A stretch of DNA of 11,482 bases, taken from the NCBI GenBank assembly GCA_043819135.1, contig JBDRFG010000057.1:1-11482 (forward strand). Reading direction: 5' to 3'. Position numbers and translations under genes: made by a program. Each line of letters starts with the position of its first letter. Position 1 is the stretch's first letter. This document shows positions 7,764 to 11,482 of the stretch, piece after piece. Source of the DNA: Candidatus Eiseniibacteriota bacterium. Lineage in GTDB: Bacteria > Joyebacterota > Joyebacteria > Joyebacterales > Joyebacteraceae. Under the pieces are notes generated by a model, which saw only the letters and a list, made by a program, of their open reading frames with translations, had not been told where the DNA came from and did not search any database.

Positions 7764-7779
7764 GTCGAGCGCGCTCGAC
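7764..7779. repeat. Perfect 16-bp palindrome right after the ATPase stop codon
   Basis: GTCGAGCGCGCTCGAC is its own reverse complement. Confidence 0.6.
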
Positions 7780-7831
7780 CCACTCAGTTCGCACGCGGCA
7801 CGGACGCTTCCGTACACCGGAGGCGGGGGCG

Positions 7832-7855
7832 CGTGCGTACACCCGTGCGTACACC
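7832..7855 (+). repeat. Perfect tandem direct repeat, 2 x 12 bp (CGTGCGTACACC), with a third partial copy at 7811-7818
   Basis: 7832-7843 and 7844-7855 are identical; CGTACACC also occurs at 7811-7818. Confidence 0.8.
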
Positions 7856-7867
7856 ATGGGAGCGCGC

Positions 7868-9277
7868 ATGAGGCGTGAACGTTGTTCTCAGTGCGGGGCA
7901 CGGTTCGAGGTCAAGCGGCCCGGCGGACGAGGACGTTCCCCGACCGCCGTTCTGGCCTGGACGGCCATCTTACTCCTCGTTGCCTGGGGTCTTCTCAGGT
8001 CTTTCGACTACAGCACCGTTCGCGTGTCCGTCTACGCGGGTGTCGCCCGAGGCGTCGAGGCGTTCCTGCACCCGGCGTGGGCCGCGATCCTGGTCCTGCT
8101 CGCGGTGTGTCTCTTCCTGGTATCCAGAAGACGTGCGACACCGCCGGCGGTTGCGGCCGCCGTTGCTCCCGCCGTGCAGCTCAGGGCCGAGCCGCCCGGG
8201 ATGATCTCGGTCGTGGTCGAAGGGTCCAGGGACGCCGTGGCGGGGGATCGCGTGGTCGAACGGGATCTCGCCGCCGAGGAGCGCGTCGTCGAGGCCTTCC
8301 ACGCGCTCGCGCGGAGGACCGCGGCCTTCACGGGGATCGGAGGCGGCGGCGGGTGGAGCGGCGCGCAAATTGAAGATGCCCGAAGAGAGATCTATGCTCT
8401 GGGGGTGACGATAGGGAACGAACTCCTCGGAGGCTCGAGCCGGGTAGCTGACTGCCTGATCGACCTGCCCGGCGATCACTTGCAGCTCGGCGTCCAGCGG
8501 GAGCTGTCCGGCATTCCCTGGGAACTGATGGTCGCACGCAGGGGAGGGGATCACCTCTGGCAGCTCTTTTCGGTCACACGACAGCTGCGAGACGTGGCGG
8601 GAGTGAGGCCGGCCCCGCCGAGGTCGAGCCGGCCGTGCCGCCTTCTCCTTCTGGCCAACCTGGAGGCCGGCGTTCCGGGCAGGGACCTTCCCGCCGCGGA
8701 GCGTGAAGCCGCCGACATCCTCGAACTCGGTGCTACAAGACCTGATCTCATGCGGGTCGTGAGGAAGTCTCCGCGATCGTTCGCTGAACTGCGCGGACTG
8801 GTGGAGGAGGGGTTCGATGTCATCCACTTCGCCGGTCACACGGGTTCTTCAGAAGGACTCGAGCGCGGATGGGTGCTCGCCAACGGCGTTCCGGTCAGTC
8901 CCGGAGAGCTCTTCGCGGGCGGTGCGCCGGCGCCGACACTGGTGTTTGCGAACGCTTGCAGCTCCAACCCGCGCGGGGGAGGGGAGAACGTCGCGGACGC
9001 GGCCCGCGCCCTGATGCTGGCCGGGGTACCCGCATACATGTGCACACTTGCCGAACTGCACGACAGCGGCAGCGCGGCCTTCAGCTCGTCGTTCTACAGA
9101 GCGGTCCTCAAGGGAGCAACGCTCGGTAGAGCGATCACCGCGGCAAGGACCGCGCTTCTTGGCCGACATCCGGTCACCTGGGCCAACTACGTGCTGTACG
9201 GCGACCCCGCACTCAGCTTGTGCGGAGCGCCCGACACGAACATCCCCGCGAAGAATCCCGGCCTCGGGAGCGACTGA
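7868..9277 (+). CDS. Membrane-anchored CHAT-domain (caspase/HetF-like, clan CD) cysteine protease
   Basis: LSGIPWELM, RDLPAAERE, FDVIHFAGH (catalytic His, codon 8837-8839), LVFANACSS (catalytic Cys, codon 8957-8959), ALMLAGV, FSSSFYRAV, WANYVLYGDP; two N-terminal hydrophobic helices. ATG 7868 has SD-like GGGAG; ATG 7856 is an alternative start. Confidence 0.88.
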   Translation: MRRERCSQCGARFEVKRPGGRGRSPTAVLAWTAILLLVAWGLLRSFDYSTVRVSVYAGVARGVEAFLHPAWAAILVLLAVCLFLVSRRRATPPAVAAAVAPAVQLRAEPPGMISVVVEGSRDAVAGDRVVERDLAAEERVVEAFHALARRTAAFTGIGGGGGWSGAQIEDARREIYALGVTIGNELLGGSSRVADCLIDLPGDHLQLGVQRELSGIPWELMVARRGGDHLWQLFSVTRQLRDVAGVRPAPPRSSRPCRLLLLANLEAGVPGRDLPAAEREAADILELGATRPDLMRVVRKSPRSFAELRGLVEEGFDVIHFAGHTGSSEGLERGWVLANGVPVSPGELFAGGAPAPTLVFANACSSNPRGGGENVADAARALMLAGVPAYMCTLAELHDSGSAAFSSSFYRAVLKGATLGRAITAARTALLGRHPVTWANYVLYGDPALSLCGAPDTNIPAKNPGLGSD

Positions 9278-9300
9278 CGAGAGGAAGGAAACGGACCGGA

Positions 9301-9915
9301 TTGACGGCTCGAGACGGCACTGATCCGCGGGTCAACCGAATGATAGACAGGCTGTGCTCGGGGGACTCCGACGTGTGGTCGGAGTTCATCGAGCGATACA
9401 GACGCCTCATCTACAGCGCCATCCATCGCGCCAACGGGCGATTCGGTGCGGAGTGGGACGAGACCGTGCTGGACGAGCTGTTCGAGGACGCGGTCTACAA
9501 GCTTCTGAGACAGAACGGTCGTGCTCTGAGGTCGTGGAAGGGCAAGTGTAAGCTGGAGACCTGGATCTACCGCATCGCCAGGAACGCCTGCATCGACCGG
9601 ATGCGGAAGGACGGCCGGCGCGGCGAGGTGGCGGAGCTCGAGGAGGGATCCCGCGGCGTTCCTCGATTGGGACAGGATGACGGATCCAGGGCGACGAACA
9701 CCGATCTCCGGATATCTCTCGAGCAGGCGATCGACCGGTCCCTCAGCGATCGCGAGGCGCTTGCGGTCAAGCTCATCTACTTCGAGGGGTTCACGTATCG
9801 GGAGGTCGCGGACCGGCTCGGGACGACCGTCGGTGCGATGAGTGGACTGGTCTTCCGTGCCCTCGCGAAGCTGCGATCTGACGGTGGCGTCGCGCGCCAC
9901 TGGGAGGAGGCGTAG
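9301..9915 (+). CDS. ECF (group IV) sigma-70 family RNA polymerase sigma factor
   Basis: Region 2: WSEFIERYRRLIY, DELFEDAVYKL, LETWIYRIARNACIDRMRK. Region 4: LSDREALAVKLIYFEGFTYREVADRLGTTVGAMSGLVFRALAKLR. Start uncertain: TTG 9301 after GAGGAAGGA is preferred; ATG 9340 is possible. Confidence 0.92.
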   Translation: MTARDGTDPRVNRMIDRLCSGDSDVWSEFIERYRRLIYSAIHRANGRFGAEWDETVLDELFEDAVYKLLRQNGRALRSWKGKCKLETWIYRIARNACIDRMRKDGRRGEVAELEEGSRGVPRLGQDDGSRATNTDLRISLEQAIDRSLSDREALAVKLIYFEGFTYREVADRLGTTVGAMSGLVFRALAKLRSDGGVARHWEEA

Positions 9916-9922
9916 GAGCAGC

Positions 9923-10801
9923 ATGAACGAGACGTGTCCCGGCAGGGAAACGCTACTGCTCCATACGGAGGGTGAGCTGAGTGGTCGGGAGGCCGACGAC
10001 GTCTCCGAGCACGTGGCGCGTTGCCCCGACTGTGAAGAGGCGGTGTCGAGATTGCGCGTCCTGACGGCCGCACTGCGGCGGGCGGGTGAGCCCGAGGGTC
10101 GCTCGCGCGCGGCGGACCCGGACGCCCCACTCGGCTCGCTGTTCTCCGGGGAATGCCCGGGCGCCGAGGCGATCGCCGGGTACGCCGACGGCTCGCTGGA
10201 AACCGGAGCGGCCGCAGAGGTCGAGAAGCACCTTGTCTCATGTGGCGCGTGCCTGTCTGAGGTCGCCGATCTCTGGTCCATGTCCGGACCGGCCGAGCAC
10301 GATGCGCCTGACAGTGCGGTCGCGGCCGTGCTCGCGCGCCTCGGAAACGAGTCCCGTACGGCGGTGCTCCGATGGGCGGAGCGCTCGATCGAGTTGGTCC
10401 GCGACTTCGCGTCGGGCCTGGCCGACGACGTCAGCCGCGGTCTGGTGCTCGGCCCTGCGCCGGCCGCTGCGGTCAGCAGGTCGTCGGGTCAGGAGGTGAG
10501 GCTTCACTGGAGTGGCGGTGGAGGAGCCGTCCTCGAGGGCATCGCGCGGGCTGAGCGAGGAGGCGTATCGCTGACTGGGCGCGTGACGGTCGGAGGCGCT
10601 CCAGGCGCGTCGACGTCGGCCGCGCTGTCCTCGGCCGCGGTCAGGAAGGGGCCGGAGTCGTTGGACGCGGACGGACGCTTCGGTCCGTGGCCTCTGTCGT
10701 ACGGAACGAACCTGCTGCGCCTGACAGGGCTGCCTCCGGAGGCGCGTGGTGCGGAGGAGCTTGTCATCCAGGTGGACGTGGCCGAGGACGGCGAGGAGTA
10801 G
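9923..10801 (+). CDS. Soluble zinc-binding anti-sigma factor with two tandem ZAS (zf-HC2) motifs and a C-terminal beta-rich domain (about 292 aa)
   Basis: SD AGGAG overlaps the sigma stop, then ATG 9923. C5...H30VARC34PDC37 and C78...H103LVSC107GAC110; no obvious transmembrane helix; directly downstream of the ECF sigma. Confidence 0.85.
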   Translation: MNETCPGRETLLLHTEGELSGREADDVSEHVARCPDCEEAVSRLRVLTAALRRAGEPEGRSRAADPDAPLGSLFSGECPGAEAIAGYADGSLETGAAAEVEKHLVSCGACLSEVADLWSMSGPAEHDAPDSAVAAVLARLGNESRTAVLRWAERSIELVRDFASGLADDVSRGLVLGPAPAAAVSRSSGQEVRLHWSGGGGAVLEGIARAERGGVSLTGRVTVGGAPGASTSAALSSAAVRKGPESLDADGRFGPWPLSYGTNLLRLTGLPPEARGAEELVIQVDVAEDGEE

Positions 10802-10890
10802 CTCGTCCCGGCCTTCGTGCCGCCGGCAACGCGACGGGTGTCGGCGGTGAGGATGCCCGAACCACGCCACAGCGAGCACATGTTGACACG

Positions 10891-10923
10891 CGGGGCCCCG
10901 TGGGGGTCCCGTTCCTGTCTTCC
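10891..10923 (+). terminator. Possible intrinsic terminator of the CHAT/sigma/anti-sigma unit
   Basis: CGGGGCCCC-GTG-GGGGTCCCG stem (one G:U pair) followed by pyrimidine-rich TTCCTGTCTTCC, 90 nt after the stop. Confidence 0.45.
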
Positions 10924-11047
10924 TGCTCTGTCGGGCGGTGATGGGGCCTTGGTTCAGGGGTGGGCGCGGGGCTTCGCAGCGCAGCGCTGTCGACAAGCAG
11001 GAATCGCTCCCAGGGCGCCTGGAACAGCCTCTGAGAGCCGCTCCGCA

Positions 11048-11063
11048 TGGCACAGGTCTTGCA
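11048..11063 (+). promoter_or_regulatory. sigma54 (-24/-12) promoter motif
   Basis: TGGCAC-AGGTC-TTGCA matches TGGCAC-N5-TTGCW exactly; intergenic and oriented toward the CDS at 11233. Confidence 0.75.
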
Positions 11064-11232
11064 ATTGACTCGTTTCACTGGGCTTTCGGCACCCCTTTGA
11101 ACGGGTGCCAGGGCGCCGGAGGGTATCATATCCGCCTGAGGGCGCGATTCTTGCGGTTGATGGGAGGTGCCCGGGTAGCCGGCCGGATGGCGCGCCGGTA
11201 GCCTGTTCTCGCACGCCGCTGGGGGTTGCAGG

Positions 11233-11482
11233 ATGCACGTGAAGAGGATGAAGACGAGCTGGACGGAGGTGCGGGACTCCAGGACGATACGGGTCTGGGG
11301 CTTCACGTGTGCTGCGGTCGCGATGCTCATTCTGGCCGGGTTCCGCATGGACCCGATGATGTGGGGGGCGGTCGGGATAATGAGTGCGCTGGGCATAGCC
11401 ACGAGCCTCTTCTCGTTCCAGGTGGATGAGAAGACCACCGTCACGTTCGGACCCGCCGTCTTCATGGGCACAATAGCGCTCT
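11233..11482 (+). CDS. N-terminus of a polytopic membrane protein truncated by the window edge; possibly the membrane sensor region of a signalling protein
   Basis: Frame is open to the window end: MHVKRMKTSWTEVRDSRTIRVWGFTCAAVAMLILAGFRMDPMMWGAVGIMSALGIATSLFSFQVDEKTTVTFGPAVFMGTIAL, with 2-3 hydrophobic segments. GGGGG precedes ATG 11233; ATG 11248 is an alternative. The sensor role is inference only. Confidence 0.7.
   Translation, partial: MHVKRMKTSWTEVRDSRTIRVWGFTCAAVAMLILAGFRMDPMMWGAVGIMSALGIATSLFSFQVDEKTTVTFGPAVFMGTIAL

Noticed and set aside
7811..7855. CRISPR array or type III CRISPR context for the CHAT protease
   Set aside because: The repeats are only 8-12 bp, two are directly adjacent without spacers, and no cas genes are present in the window.
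9220..9300. Sigma factor start at 9220 (and anti-sigma start at 9842)
   Set aside because: Both overlap the preceding gene and add non-family sequence; SD-supported starts exist at 9301 and 9923.
11226..11429. 67-aa ORF from the ORF track
   Set aside because: It is an off-frame overlap of the more plausible membrane-protein frame starting at 11233 that runs off the window.
2771..11482. Genomic island or prophage integrated at the tRNA-Arg 3' end
   Set aside because: No integrase, no duplicated tRNA 3' end and no obvious compositional shift were seen in the window; an att site beyond the window cannot be excluded.

Overview
GC-rich bacterial chromosomal window; every credible gene is on the + strand. 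In order: the 3' end of an unidentified CDS; a NifS/IscS-type cysteine desulfurase; a secreted, membrane-anchored HEXXH metallopeptidase; a tRNA-Ser(TGA)/tRNA-Ser(GCT)/tRNA-Arg(ACG) operon with a near-consensus sigma70 promoter; a very acidic uncharacterised lipoprotein; a translationally coupled Mre11/SbcD-like and Rad50/SbcC(YhaN)-like pair; a membrane-anchored caspase-like CHAT protease, an ECF sigma factor and a soluble anti-sigma factor with two tandem zinc-binding ZAS motifs; and the start of a polytopic membrane protein behind a sigma54-type promoter motif. The most interesting part is 4512-10801. The nuclease has lost two canonical metal ligands, and the ATPase has a hydrophobic hairpin where Rad50 has its zinc hook. 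These sit directly upstream of a compact CHAT/sigma/anti-sigma module that looks like a proteolysis-triggered transcription switch. Whether the two halves work together is a hypothesis, not something the sequence proves. All protein assignments come from motif reading by eye; no database search was run.
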